Notes under the pieces: model-generated | Database searches by the model: none | What the model saw: only the letters and a program-made list of their open reading frames with translations | Told to the model about the DNA's origin: nothing | Shown here: positions 30,429 through 41,182 of the stretch, piece after piece | Layout: each line of letters begins with the position of its first letter | Numbering within the stretch: the first letter of the stretch is position 1 | Assembly (NCBI GenBank): GCA_964583985.1 | Contig: CAZOYD010000018.1 | Coordinates: 5,240-57,514 of the forward strand | DNA from: an uncultured archaeon | GTDB taxonomy: Archaea; Asgardarchaeota; Lokiarchaeia; Sigyniarchaeales; SOKP01 | DNA length: 52,275 nt | Direction: 5' to 3' | Program-made: the position numbers and the translations under genes

Positions 30429-31976
30429 ATGTTAAGGCAAATTCATATTTTTTTTAAGAATGAATGTATCTTTAACCATTCTTATGCAATGGGTTTTGGA
30501 GACGAAGAATTAACAAATGTAAAAAAAATCATTCAATCGCATTTAGATTTGCCCATGCCTGGAAAGACTTTCGAACGCGCTGTTACCAATTATCAAATAT
30601 TTCATCGTACTGAAAAGAATGTACTGTTCTTGTTTGTGACCGATCTTGTCGATCAACTTCATAGGGTTGAACCTATAATACTCAAAACTATTGATAAATT
30701 CAATGAATTTTTTAAAGTACCAAATGATATAGTTGATTCTATTTCTCATCGACAAGATTTTATAGAATTCATAAATCCATTACAGCATAAGCTCCATTCC
30801 AAAATAGCTATCGTTGGACCAACAAATGCTGGAAAAACAGAATTATTTTATCTTCTAAAAAAGGGAGAAACTAAAGAAATAATGAATTTTGCTGTTCTAT
30901 CGAATTATAGAATTGAAAATCTGAAATTTGAAATATGGGATTTTATTTTAAAGGATAATTTTTCACTTCTATGGTCTAAATTTATAAGCGGTTCTGATCT
31001 CATAATACTCTTATTTGATCTCTCAAATTACCATTTAAGCGTAATAGAACATTTTAAAACCTTACAGAAGCAAGAAGGAAAATTATCTAAGTTTCTCATT
31101 ATAGGAAATAAGCGAGATCTAGTTGAAGATTCTGATATGAAAATAATTAAAAATGAACTAGATCTCAATGAATTTTATGACGTATCGTTAGTTGATTCTG
31201 ATATAAAACAACATTTTGATTCGATTATATCGAATACTCTTAAACTTAGACAATCACTTCCAAATAATTTCCCTGAGATGATAAAACAAGCAGAAAGATT
31301 AGAATTAGAAGGAAAACATGTATTATCTATAGTTAAATATAAAGAGTTGATAAAGATTTGTAATGATTACCAAGATCTGAGTCATATTCAAACATTTAAG
31401 GATAAAGTAACAGAAATTCAATCCAAAATCGAAGAACAAAATAAATTGAGGAAGATTCGTGAAAGCAAGGAGAAGTTCAAAGTACCTGGAAAAATCTCAT
31501 TTTCTCAGAAACCAATGGTAAAAAGTTTGCCTACTAGTCAATCAAATGAAGTAATTGATCAAGTTAAACCGGAATTTTCCATGAATCAAAAAGAAGAAAA
31601 TGATATTGATCAAGAGTCATCAAAAATTGAAGATCTTACCCTGTTCAGTAAGGAAGATACAAAAAAGAAATCTCACTTTTTAACACCAGAGGATATTAAA
31701 ATAAAAATTAAGCCAAAATCACAAGAATTTAAACCAGACAAACCAAAAGAAAACACCAATTTCATAATTGGAAAATCAATTGAAGAAAAATCAATTGGAA
31801 ATGTTGATAACACTGCAGAGTTACAAAAATTAATCGAATTGAAAGGAAGTTCGTTAAGTATTAATTTATGTAAGCAATTAATTAATGATTTACAAACAGC
31901 ATTATCAAGAACCATTACAAAAGAGGATCTTGAAATGGTTGCTGATGTGTTTGTAAAAAACGAACTCAAGATTTAA
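30429..31976 (+). CDS. Longin-like domain + divergent small GTPase + helical domains
   Basis: MLRQIHIF..ECIF longin-like start; GPTNAGKT, IWDF, LLFDLS, GNKRD. Confidence 0.8.
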   Translation: MLRQIHIFFKNECIFNHSYAMGFGDEELTNVKKIIQSHLDLPMPGKTFERAVTNYQIFHRTEKNVLFLFVTDLVDQLHRVEPIILKTIDKFNEFFKVPNDIVDSISHRQDFIEFINPLQHKLHSKIAIVGPTNAGKTELFYLLKKGETKEIMNFAVLSNYRIENLKFEIWDFILKDNFSLLWSKFISGSDLIILLFDLSNYHLSVIEHFKTLQKQEGKLSKFLIIGNKRDLVEDSDMKIIKNELDLNEFYDVSLVDSDIKQHFDSIISNTLKLRQSLPNNFPEMIKQAERLELEGKHVLSIVKYKELIKICNDYQDLSHIQTFKDKVTEIQSKIEEQNKLRKIRESKEKFKVPGKISFSQKPMVKSLPTSQSNEVIDQVKPEFSMNQKEENDIDQESSKIEDLTLFSKEDTKKKSHFLTPEDIKIKIKPKSQEFKPDKPKENTNFIIGKSIEEKSIGNVDNTAELQKLIELKGSSLSINLCKQLINDLQTALSRTITKEDLEMVADVFVKNELKI

Positions 31977-31997
31977 GATAATGACTTTATAATTAGT

Positions 31998-33437
31998 TTA
32001 AGGAAAAATATTTAAGAAGAATAGACAATTGATTAATAAGTATAAAATCAAAGTAAAATATATAACTATTTTGCTCTCAACATTAATTCCAGCTAATTGT
32101 GATTCTTTGATTTCAGACTTTAGTATTTTGTTATCATAAGATTCAAGATTAATAGTTGATATTGTTATTAGAGTAATTATGATATAGAGCAAATAGATTA
32201 TTATAATAAATACAATGAAAAAAGTGAATGCTGCGGACGATTTTACTTCTGGAGTGTTTAATACGTCAAATAACATCCAAAAAGAATAAAAGCTTAAAGG
32301 AAAAACGAGTATCACTCCAACAAGATATAGTAAATATCTTAGAAACCTTGAATAAATCTTATTCTTTTCAAAAATCATAGGACCATTCTCATGCTTTAAA
32401 ATAGCTGGATGTAAGACAAATAACATTGTCATTTTAACTAAGATATATAGAGAGAAAATTAAAAAGAGACCGTTTAAATGAACAGGAACTAATAATGAGA
32501 TTGAAATCAACATCAACATGTTGTTAAAATCTCCAATCATAGAATACCCCAATACTTTTTTAAGTGAAAATGAATGTTCTTCCAGAGAAAAAAATAATTC
32601 TTTCAATAAAGAATAAAAAAAAGTAATAATCCCCAAGATTGAAAGAATGGTAATAATTAAACCAAATCCTAAGGATAAAAATTCAAAGATTTGAAGTAAT
32701 TTAAATAAAATGAAAATTATCGAATAATTTATCATGAAATAGAATAGTAGGTTATAATAAGATCCATCTTGGAATATTCTCTTTAATTGAAGAACTCCAA
32801 AAGGAAATATACCACAAGGTATACCAAATCCGAAAATAATCAAGATGATATATATAAAATAAAATTCATTAGATACACCAACATTAAGAATTTCAACAAT
32901 GTAAATCGTTCCAGTATCAAGTAAAATAATGATACTGAATATAGAGAGCAAAATTAAACTAATTCCAATAGAGGAAAAAAAAGCAATATTCTTCTTGACA
33001 TCAATTGGTATTTCTTCATAAAAAAGATTAATGCAAAATAAAACAAGTACAAAAGCCAATAATGAAATTAGAGTTAACAAATGGGAAGATGATACAATAC
33101 CCATAATACCAGCTAAAATTAAGAGTGAGATTCCATCTCGAATTGGAACGTTTGCTGATTTTTTATCATAATTCTTATAGATTGTGGCATAAAAAATGCC
33201 TCCTACTAGTATTAATTCTAACATAAATAGAACATATCCATCAATAATGAGATATGTCTCATAGAATTGCAAATTAGATAATAATGCTAAAAATAAAGAG
33301 AACGTATTGATAATAAAGGCGGAAAATATCGTCCAAAATATGATTTTTTTTCTTTTTTTTATCTCATTTATGAAAAAGAGGGATAATCCTGTTATTAAAA
33401 TGATGAACATTTCGATTGATAATATTATTGCAAGCAT
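31998..33437 (-). CDS. Divergent MrpD/NuoN-like polytopic membrane protein
   Basis: About 13-14 TM; GIFPF and SLKKVLGYS resemble the PFHxW and DLKRLLAYS motifs. Confidence 0.6.
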   Translation of the reverse strand: MLAIILSIEMFIILITGLSLFFINEIKKRKKIIFWTIFSAFIINTFSLFLALLSNLQFYETYLIIDGYVLFMLELILVGGIFYATIYKNYDKKSANVPIRDGISLLILAGIMGIVSSSHLLTLISLLAFVLVLFCINLFYEEIPIDVKKNIAFFSSIGISLILLSIFSIIILLDTGTIYIVEILNVGVSNEFYFIYIILIIFGFGIPCGIFPFGVLQLKRIFQDGSYYNLLFYFMINYSIIFILFKLLQIFEFLSLGFGLIITILSILGIITFFYSLLKELFFSLEEHSFSLKKVLGYSMIGDFNNMLMLISISLLVPVHLNGLFLIFSLYILVKMTMLFVLHPAILKHENGPMIFEKNKIYSRFLRYLLYLVGVILVFPLSFYSFWMLFDVLNTPEVKSSAAFTFFIVFIIIIYLLYIIITLITISTINLESYDNKILKSEIKESQLAGINVESKIVIYFTLILYLLINCLFFLNIFP

Positions 33438-33456
33438 GGCTAATTCTCTTTTTTAA

Positions 33457-33714
33457 TTATTCTTTGATTATTTCTTCTTGGAATATAGATTTAATCATCT
33501 TTAAAAAGAACAGAAATAAAACAAAATATATTGTAAAAGCAATGATAAAATTAATGATTGGCATATTAACAAATAAATTCGCTAACACTAATGTTACAAT
33601 AAAACCTATCGAAATTGAAGAAATAGGAGTGATCTTTTTTATTTTGATGGTTAAATAAAAATATACACTTGCTATAATAATAGCAATAATGATGCCTACG
33701 ATTATTTCTATCAT
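33457..33714 (-). CDS. Small three-TM membrane protein
   Basis: Hydrophobic 85 aa, same strand and directly upstream of the MrpD-like gene. Confidence 0.7.
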   Translation of the reverse strand: MIEIIVGIIIAIIIASVYFYLTIKIKKITPISSISIGFIVTLVLANLFVNMPIINFIIAFTIYFVLFLFFLKMIKSIFQEEIIKE

Positions 33715-33866
33715 TATTTTATTTCACTTCTTCTTGATCTTATTATAATTAACATCACGAGTATAAAAAAGTTAATTATAGCAGAATTATATCAAATGAC
33801 AAACTTTTTTTTTCTCTTTGCACTTTCATGTTTTAAGTTAAATCAATTTTAAAAAAAAGATATGAA

Positions 33867-35366
33867 ATGACTGCTATTAACGATTTAAGAGATTATTTTA
33901 CTGAAATTAAAAGATTGAATTATATCCATTCATTGTTGAATTGGGATCAAGAAACAAATATGCCAAGTGGTTCAGTTTCGGGAAGAGCAAAGCAACTTTC
34001 TTTGATGCAAAAACTAATACATCAAAGATTAACATCTTCAAAAGTAAGTGAATTGATTCAAGAAGCTAAAAAGTTGAAGAACTTGTCCGACATAGAAGCT
34101 GCAATGATTAGAGAATCAGAAAGGGAACACTTATTAGCAACAAAATTGCCTGAAAGATTAGTCATGGATATTTCTGAAACGGGTTCCCAAGCGGTAGAGG
34201 CTTGGAGAAAAGCGAGGAATAACAAAAAGTTCAAAGGATCTGATTTTGAACCCTTGTTAGAAAAAAACGTGGCTTTACAAATAGAACAAGCAGAAAGACT
34301 TGCAACTCACCCCGATTTGTACTCAACTTTAATAGACCTTTATGAACCAGGAGCAACATATAATTGGATTGCTAATATATTCAATAACATACGCCCAAAA
34401 TTAGTCGATTTTGTTAAGAAATTAGATTCCTCCTCAAGTAAACCTAATCAAGATATTTTAAGAAAAAAATATGATGTAGATAAACAGTTTGAACTAAGTG
34501 TTGAGATGATTAAAAAACTTAATTTCGACATCAATTATGGGCGACAGGATAGATCTACTCATCCATTTACAACCTCTCTATCTTCAGTAGACACTAGAAT
34601 TACAACGAGGACATCTGAAATTTTTCTTAATGAATGCATATTTGGAACAATTCATGAATGTGGACATGCTCTATATGAAATGGGTTTTAAAAAAGAAATA
34701 CATGACACGATATTAGCGAATGGATGTTCAATGGGCATTCATGAAAGTCAATCGCGATTGTGGGAAAACGTTGTTGGACGAAGCAAGGAGTTTTGGCAAT
34801 ATTGGTATCCAACTTTTCAAAAATTCTTCCCCAAAAATTTGAAAAAATATCCGATAGATGATTTTTATGGTGCTGTTAATGTAGTGAAACCTTCTTTCAT
34901 TCGAGTGAATGCTGACGAAGTTACTTATGGATTACATATAATCCTGCGATTTGAAATAGAAAAAGATCTAATTGAAGGAAAAATCCAAGTCAAAGAATTA
35001 GCAGATGTATGGAATTCTAAGTTTGAAGAATTATTAGGATTAATTCCAAAGGATGATGCTGAAGGTGTATTACAAGATATACATTGGAGTTGGGGATCAA
35101 TTGGATACTTTCCAACCTACTTCCTTGGAAGTCTCTATGCGTCACAGATCTATAATGATGCTTTAAAAAAGAGACCGACCTTGCCAGAAGACTATGCAAA
35201 AGGCGAATTTTCTAACCTACTCGCCTACTTAAGAGAAAATGTTCACCAACATGGTAGTATTTATAGAGCGAACGATCTCATTACACGGATTACAGGTGAA
35301 GGACTTAATCCGGATTATTTTTTGAAATATGTCGAAGAAAAATTCTATCCCATTTATGAATTTTAA
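33867..35366 (+). CDS. Carboxypeptidase, peptidase family M32
   Basis: HPF, DTRITT, HECGH, HESQS, IRVNADE, QDIHW. Confidence 0.97.
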   Translation: MTAINDLRDYFTEIKRLNYIHSLLNWDQETNMPSGSVSGRAKQLSLMQKLIHQRLTSSKVSELIQEAKKLKNLSDIEAAMIRESEREHLLATKLPERLVMDISETGSQAVEAWRKARNNKKFKGSDFEPLLEKNVALQIEQAERLATHPDLYSTLIDLYEPGATYNWIANIFNNIRPKLVDFVKKLDSSSSKPNQDILRKKYDVDKQFELSVEMIKKLNFDINYGRQDRSTHPFTTSLSSVDTRITTRTSEIFLNECIFGTIHECGHALYEMGFKKEIHDTILANGCSMGIHESQSRLWENVVGRSKEFWQYWYPTFQKFFPKNLKKYPIDDFYGAVNVVKPSFIRVNADEVTYGLHIILRFEIEKDLIEGKIQVKELADVWNSKFEELLGLIPKDDAEGVLQDIHWSWGSIGYFPTYFLGSLYASQIYNDALKKRPTLPEDYAKGEFSNLLAYLRENVHQHGSIYRANDLITRITGEGLNPDYFLKYVEEKFYPIYEF

Positions 35367-35471
35367 TTTTTTTTTATATTTTATATTTAAAAAACATAAA
35401 TTAGATGAATAAATCTTTTTATTTCTCAAACCTAAATAAGATTATTAAGATTTATAAACGCAAATCACTTC

Positions 35472-36059
35472 ATGCTCTTACAAGTAAAAAGATATTCTGA
35501 AAGACTCTTATTACCACTAGCTCGAAAACTTAAAAAAATACCTGCTAATGCATTTACAATAATAGGCATGCTTTCAGCTATTGTAACGTTCATTGGATAT
35601 TATTTCCGTTCATTACCATGGATTATAACTTTCTTAATTATTGTGGAATTTTGTGATCAACTTGATGGGACAATCGCACGACTTCAAGGACCAACATTAT
35701 TTGGTGCCTTCTTAGATTCGACATTAGATCGAATTGGTGATTTCTTTATTTTAATTGGAACTATAGTAGGCTCCTATACATCATTTGAAATTGGAATTAT
35801 AGCACTAGTTGGAACTTTTCTTACCTCTTATACGAGAGCGAGGATCGAAGCCTTAGGAATCGAAAATCTATATGGCGTTGGCTTATTGGAGCGTACCGAT
35901 AGGATTCCGATACTATTACTAGGCACTATCCTTCAATTATGGTTTTTTTATGCTATCTGGTGGACTATTTTGGTTTTAGCTATTGGAACAAATGCTACAG
36001 CGATTCAACGCATCATATATGCTCATAAAAAATTGGTAAAACAAAAAGTTATGACGTGA
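35472..36059 (+). CDS. CDP-alcohol phosphatidyltransferase (archaetidylinositol-phosphate synthase-like)
   Basis: DQLDGTIAR...GAFLDSTLDRIGD, SYTRAR.E, GLLER.DR. Confidence 0.92.
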   Translation: MLLQVKRYSERLLLPLARKLKKIPANAFTIIGMLSAIVTFIGYYFRSLPWIITFLIIVEFCDQLDGTIARLQGPTLFGAFLDSTLDRIGDFFILIGTIVGSYTSFEIGIIALVGTFLTSYTRARIEALGIENLYGVGLLERTDRIPILLLGTILQLWFFYAIWWTILVLAIGTNATAIQRIIYAHKKLVKQKVMT

Positions 36060-36203
36060 TATCATTCAATTCAAAAAATATGCCTATTCCTTAGAAAAAA
36101 ATTAGTGATTTTGAAAAAGAATTCCATAATATCTAAGTGCAGATTTAAATATTTCTCCTATTATAATCTATTAAATTAAATCAATATTGAGACTTCAAAA
36201 CCT

Positions 36204-37220
36204 GTGAAATCAATCAACGAAATCAATCTCAAAATCGCTGTATTGGGTGAGGGAGGAGTTGGAAAAACCTCGATTGTAAATCTTTATTCTGGAAAAGAAT
36301 TTCCTAATATTTATATTCCAACCATAGGAAGTAATATTAGAAGAAAAGAGTATAAACTAGAAGATGAACATATCAGAGTGAATATATGGGATATTGGTGG
36401 TCAGAAATCATTTAACCCGTTAAATCCTTCTTTCTTTGCGAATATAGATGCTGCTTTTTTAGTATTTGACTTATCTAATCCAAAAGAAAGCACACTTGAA
36501 CTTCAAAAGGTCTATATAAATCACATTAAAGAGAAGTCTCCGAATTGTATAGTAATTTATTTAGGAAATAAATCTGATTTAATTAAACCAGAATCATTTG
36601 GAAGTTTAATGAATAATCTTACTCAAATTAATCTGGATAAAAATCCGTTGATATTCACTTCTGCAAAAACACAAGATAATATTATTGAAGCTTTTGAATT
36701 GATGATTTATAATTATTTAAAAAAATTAGAATCGGAAGGATTTAGTACTCAATTTAATAATTTAATTCCTTCATTTTTGAAATTAATAGATAAAAAGGAA
36801 GAGGATCTGTCAAGAATTTTGATAAATTTAGATTCCATGGATTATAGCACGCTTCAAAATAAAATCACCCCTAAAATTCGTAAAAAAGTTGTATATGACT
36901 CATCAGAAAATGGCAATCATTCTAATATTCACGAATCAGCAATAGTTTCAGTGAATAACAAATTACAATTAGAAAGAATAAAAACTGATGTGATAAAGAC
37001 TTTTTATGAGAACTTTAAATTTGTAGAAGATAGAATCCTTGAAATTAAGGTAACTCCCATCGATCAGCTTATACAAAAGATTGACTTAACTTTTTTGGAG
37101 CTAGAAACTCTTAAAAACGATTTCGAATTGAAATTAGGCACTGTTCTTAACTTGGAAAGTAAATTGCCTTCTCCAGAATTAGAAAGTAATTTAAATGGGA
37201 AAAAAAGAGGTGATGCATAG
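36204..37220 (+). CDS. Rab-like small GTPase with C-terminal helical extension
   Basis: GEGGVGKT, YIPTIG, WDIGGQ, NKSD, TSAK. Confidence 0.92.
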   Translation: MKSINEINLKIAVLGEGGVGKTSIVNLYSGKEFPNIYIPTIGSNIRRKEYKLEDEHIRVNIWDIGGQKSFNPLNPSFFANIDAAFLVFDLSNPKESTLELQKVYINHIKEKSPNCIVIYLGNKSDLIKPESFGSLMNNLTQINLDKNPLIFTSAKTQDNIIEAFELMIYNYLKKLESEGFSTQFNNLIPSFLKLIDKKEEDLSRILINLDSMDYSTLQNKITPKIRKKVVYDSSENGNHSNIHESAIVSVNNKLQLERIKTDVIKTFYENFKFVEDRILEIKVTPIDQLIQKIDLTFLELETLKNDFELKLGTVLNLESKLPSPELESNLNGKKRGDA

Positions 37221-37816
37221 TGCCTAAAAAACCAGAAGAATTGAATCTAAAAACATTCCAAAAGTTAGTGGATCAAGTCAATAAAGTTACAGAAGAAAAT
37301 GTTGAAATGAAAAAAAAGTTTGAAACTGACGTTAAGAACATCAATGATAAATTAGAATATCGAGCTAAAAAAAATGAAGATGAGATCACGCGAGAAACTG
37401 TAGAGATCAAGAAAATGCTCCAAACAACTCAAGAAAGGATTGAAGAAACAATAAAAGTCCAGGAAGATATTATAATGGACATGATCAAGAAATTTAATGA
37501 GGAATTTTATAAACATAAATCAAATGTACTTGGTGACATAGAAATCATTAAGAACCAGCAAGATATTTTAAAAATTTCTTATACTGTAAATGAAGCTAAA
37601 CTTTTAGAGATGATAAAAGCGGTAATACATAATGAAATAACCAATAAAATTAAGGGTCAAGAATCAGAAACTCTAATGAAAATCTGGATTGAGGAATTTA
37701 AGAGTATTATAAAAAAATTTGAAAAAGTTAAGGAATTACCACCTCAAGATTTTAATGCTCGTTTAGATGAATTATCGAATTTAGTAAGTTCATTTAAACA
37801 AAAAATCAAATTATAA
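37220..37816 (+). CDS. Coiled-coil protein translationally coupled to the GTPase
   Basis: TAGTG stop/start overlap, GAGGTGA SD, heptad-rich sequence. Confidence 0.8.
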   Translation: MPKKPEELNLKTFQKLVDQVNKVTEENVEMKKKFETDVKNINDKLEYRAKKNEDEITRETVEIKKMLQTTQERIEETIKVQEDIIMDMIKKFNEEFYKHKSNVLGDIEIIKNQQDILKISYTVNEAKLLEMIKAVIHNEITNKIKGQESETLMKIWIEEFKSIIKKFEKVKELPPQDFNARLDELSNLVSSFKQKIKL

Positions 37817-37838
37817 ATTAGAATAAAATGAAATAAAT

Positions 37839-38981
37839 TTATAATTTAATCTTAGGAGGGGGAACAAATACCCTTCTCATTCCTTCTAGTAATGATATTG
37901 CATTTTCTGGGCAAAAATGGGCACAAACTCCGCAACCAATACAAATATCTGAATTTCTTTCCGCTTTTCCTTCTTCATTTAGTGTTATTGCATCTGTTGG
38001 ACATCGCTCAACACATGTTCCACAACCAATACATAGGTCTTGATCAATATTAGATAGATAATTACTCCAATTAATCATTGGCATTGTACCACCTTTCCAT
38101 AGATTAAATGTTCCACAACAATCCTTACAACAATTACAAATACTAGTCTCTTCTTTAGATATGTTTCCTTGTGGATGATAAACTTTATGAACAAGTCCTG
38201 CTTCTGCTGCTTCTTCTATCAATTTTAATGCTTCTTCTTGCGTAATCATTCTAGCAAATCCATGTTCGGAGGTAAATCGTGCTGATTTGCCTAAGGTGAA
38301 ACAAACTTCTCTGGGAGCATTATATTCGCATGAATGTCCTAATAGATCTTGATGTTGTCGACAAAAACAATGTCCTACCGCAATATCATCAAAACTTTTT
38401 ATAATTTCTGTGATATCTTGTTTTGGAAGGATCATTTCTCCGGGTGAATCTATTTCTTGATTAATTTCAATTTTTATGTCTTTCCCTAAATTAGTTTTCA
38501 AGAGGGGGATTGTTCTATCTATTGGCGGAACGGCAGAAAAAGCAGGCATGAACATATCGTATTTATCTTGGATAATATCTCTAATTTCTTCGAATAATTT
38601 TTCAAATAAAATTGCAACTTTTTTTTCTTCCTCACTATATTTAATTTTTTTCATTAGAAAATATTCAAATATTCCAATAAAGATTGGTGGAAGTAATCTA
38701 AAGATTATAAATCCGGTTGAACTCGTGGATTTGAAGACGGCACCTTTATCAGTTAAAGGTTCGATTATCCTTATAATCTCTTTTTTGTCCATATTGGTAG
38801 TTTTTACGAGCTCTTCGATGGTCTGAGATTTTTTTCTTTTAAATGCTTTAATGATAAATTTAAGTTCTTCTTCCGTGTATAAGATTTTTAAAATTTCTAT
38901 AAGTGTATCGGTAATTGGAAAAGGGAGCATTCCTGCTTTTATAATTATATTACCCGCTTTATGATATAACTCATCTGACAT
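37839..38981 (-). CDS. 4Fe-4S dicluster protein with N-terminal HTH-like and Cys-rich domains
   Basis: CFCR, ICNCCKDCC, two CxxCxxCxxxCP motifs. Confidence 0.9.
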   Translation of the reverse strand: MSDELYHKAGNIIIKAGMLPFPITDTLIEILKILYTEEELKFIIKAFKRKKSQTIEELVKTTNMDKKEIIRIIEPLTDKGAVFKSTSSTGFIIFRLLPPIFIGIFEYFLMKKIKYSEEEKKVAILFEKLFEEIRDIIQDKYDMFMPAFSAVPPIDRTIPLLKTNLGKDIKIEINQEIDSPGEMILPKQDITEIIKSFDDIAVGHCFCRQHQDLLGHSCEYNAPREVCFTLGKSARFTSEHGFARMITQEEALKLIEEAAEAGLVHKVYHPQGNISKEETSICNCCKDCCGTFNLWKGGTMPMINWSNYLSNIDQDLCIGCGTCVERCPTDAITLNEEGKAERNSDICIGCGVCAHFCPENAISLLEGMRRVFVPPPKIKL

Positions 38982-39253
38982 TTTTATCAAAAATTTTATT
39001 TTTTATATTACTATAATTAATTTGATAAAATTCTATATAATTTTAATAGTAATTGATTAATTTGGATAATTTGATCCAGATTATATGATTAAATAGATCC
39101 GGTTTCATTAAGGATGGTTAAAATGACTAATAACATTTTATTTGATAAACTTCTTGTAAAAGAATAATTTTTGGTTAATAATTAGGTTAAAATTCTATAA
39201 TAACAAATTAATTCATATAAGACTGAAAAATGTTATAATTAGGTCGAGAATAG

Positions 39254-40576
39254 ATGCAAAATGTACTGATCATCGGACATGGAGCTAGAGAACATGTAAT
39301 TGGGGAATCATTAGTCAATTCGGGAGCCAAATTACATGCTTTTATGAGTTTTAAGAATGCAGGATTGGAGGATTTATCTGAAGGGAGAATCAAGATTCAT
39401 TCAGAGACCGATTTCAAAAAAATTATTGATTATTGTAAAGAAAAAAGGATAGATTTTGTTGTAATAGGTCCAGAGGCACCATTAGTAATCGGAATAGTTG
39501 ATGCAATACAAAAATATGATATCCCTTGTATAGGTCCAAAAATAGAAGCTGCTCAATTAGAAGGATCTAAAATATTTACACGAAAGTTGCTAGAAAAATA
39601 TAAGATTAATTCTAATATCCAAAGCAAAACGTTTAATTCATTAGAAGGGGTTGAAACTTATTTAAATGAAGTAGGAGATGCAAACATCGTCATAAAACCA
39701 GATGGTCTCACTGGTGGAAAAGGCGTGAAAGTTTTTGGAGATCATCTTTTTTCGCGTAAAGACATCTTAGAATATTGTCAAGAAGTAGTATTGGGAAAGA
39801 GTCCATTTATTATAGAAAAAAAATGTTATGGTGAAGAATTCACCCTCCAAACTTTTGTTGATGGAAAGAATGTAATCGGAACTCCACTTGTCCAAGACCA
39901 TAAAAGAGCATATGAAGGAGATACCGGGCCAAATACAGGAGGAATGGGTTCTTATTCAATGGAGGATCATCTAATGCCATTTATATCTCAAAATGATGTG
40001 AATTTGGCACTAGAAGATATAAAGAGGACTATTAATTCTCTCAAAATAGAGACTGGAGTTGAATATAAAGGAATTTTATATGGTGGATTTATGAAAACCG
40101 CACGAGGAATAAAATTGATTGAATATAATTCTCGCTTTGGTGATCCCGAGGCCATGAATGTTTTACCATTACTCAATGAAAATTTTATTGATATATGTTG
40201 GTCAATTATTGATGGTAATCTTTCTCATAAGATTACCTTTAAAAAGCAAGCGACTGTTTGTAAATATTTAGCTCCAGAAGGATATCCCAATAATCCCAAA
40301 AAGGATCTACTCATTAAAATAGATAAGGATAAACTTAATACGATTGGTGCGAAGTATTATTATGCGTCAGTTTATCGTGAGAACGATAATATTTATACTA
40401 CTACTTCAAGAGCAATGGGAATTTTAGGTATTGCGGATGATTTACAGAAAGCTGAACAAATTGCTGAACAGGGCGTAAAATGCGTGGAAGGTCAATTATT
40501 CCATCGAAAAGATATCGGTACTTTAAAATTGCTACAAAAAAGAATTGATCACATGAATTCCCTTTTAATTAATTAA
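39254..40576 (+). CDS. purD: Phosphoribosylamine--glycine ligase
   Basis: G.GAREH, GPEAPL, LEGSK, GKGV, GPNTGGMG, EYNSRFGDPE. Confidence 0.97.
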   Translation: MQNVLIIGHGAREHVIGESLVNSGAKLHAFMSFKNAGLEDLSEGRIKIHSETDFKKIIDYCKEKRIDFVVIGPEAPLVIGIVDAIQKYDIPCIGPKIEAAQLEGSKIFTRKLLEKYKINSNIQSKTFNSLEGVETYLNEVGDANIVIKPDGLTGGKGVKVFGDHLFSRKDILEYCQEVVLGKSPFIIEKKCYGEEFTLQTFVDGKNVIGTPLVQDHKRAYEGDTGPNTGGMGSYSMEDHLMPFISQNDVNLALEDIKRTINSLKIETGVEYKGILYGGFMKTARGIKLIEYNSRFGDPEAMNVLPLLNENFIDICWSIIDGNLSHKITFKKQATVCKYLAPEGYPNNPKKDLLIKIDKDKLNTIGAKYYYASVYRENDNIYTTTSRAMGILGIADDLQKAEQIAEQGVKCVEGQLFHRKDIGTLKLLQKRIDHMNSLLIN

Positions 40577-40649
40577 TCAATATCAAACTCATTTATTATA
40601 TTTTATAAAGATTAGATTATAATGATACCTTACCCTTAGTTAATTGATT

Positions 40650-41135
40650 ATGAATTGGAATGCTTTAAATGAAAATTATAATTCGCTAATAAAGCAATTA
40701 TTTCATGCGAAAGAATGGGAAAATCGTGCCGATGCTGCAAGGCAATTAGGATTATTAAAAGATGGTCGAGCAGTAAATCTCTTATGTAGGGCGTTAAAAT
40801 CAGAAAAGGACAGTTCAGTTATAATTCGAATTATTGAAGCATTAGGAAGAATCGGAAATGCAAAAGCTACTCTGAGAATAGTTGAGAGGTTAAAAATGGA
40901 AATGGATAAGGATGAATATGATAAAAGGACAGTCTTTATCATCATTGAAAGCTTGATGCGAATTAAGGATAAACGTGCTTTACCATACTTGAGTAAATTT
41001 TTGACCTCAAAATTCGAGGAAATTAGACAATTGACTGTAAGAGCGTTTGATGAGATTGAACCTCGTTGGAATGAAATAATAAATGAAGCAATACGTAAAA
41101 AGACACCAGAAGAGATCTTTAACTCCAGATACTAA
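40650..41135 (+). CDS. HEAT/PBS-lyase repeat protein
   Basis: RADAARQLG..DGRAV..L; IIEALGRIG. Confidence 0.85.
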   Translation: MNWNALNENYNSLIKQLFHAKEWENRADAARQLGLLKDGRAVNLLCRALKSEKDSSVIIRIIEALGRIGNAKATLRIVERLKMEMDKDEYDKRTVFIIIESLMRIKDKRALPYLSKFLTSKFEEIRQLTVRAFDEIEPRWNEIINEAIRKKTPEEIFNSRY

Positions 41136-41182
41136 TTGATAATTCTGTTTATACTTTCAGGTTCTAATAAATTGCTAATAAT

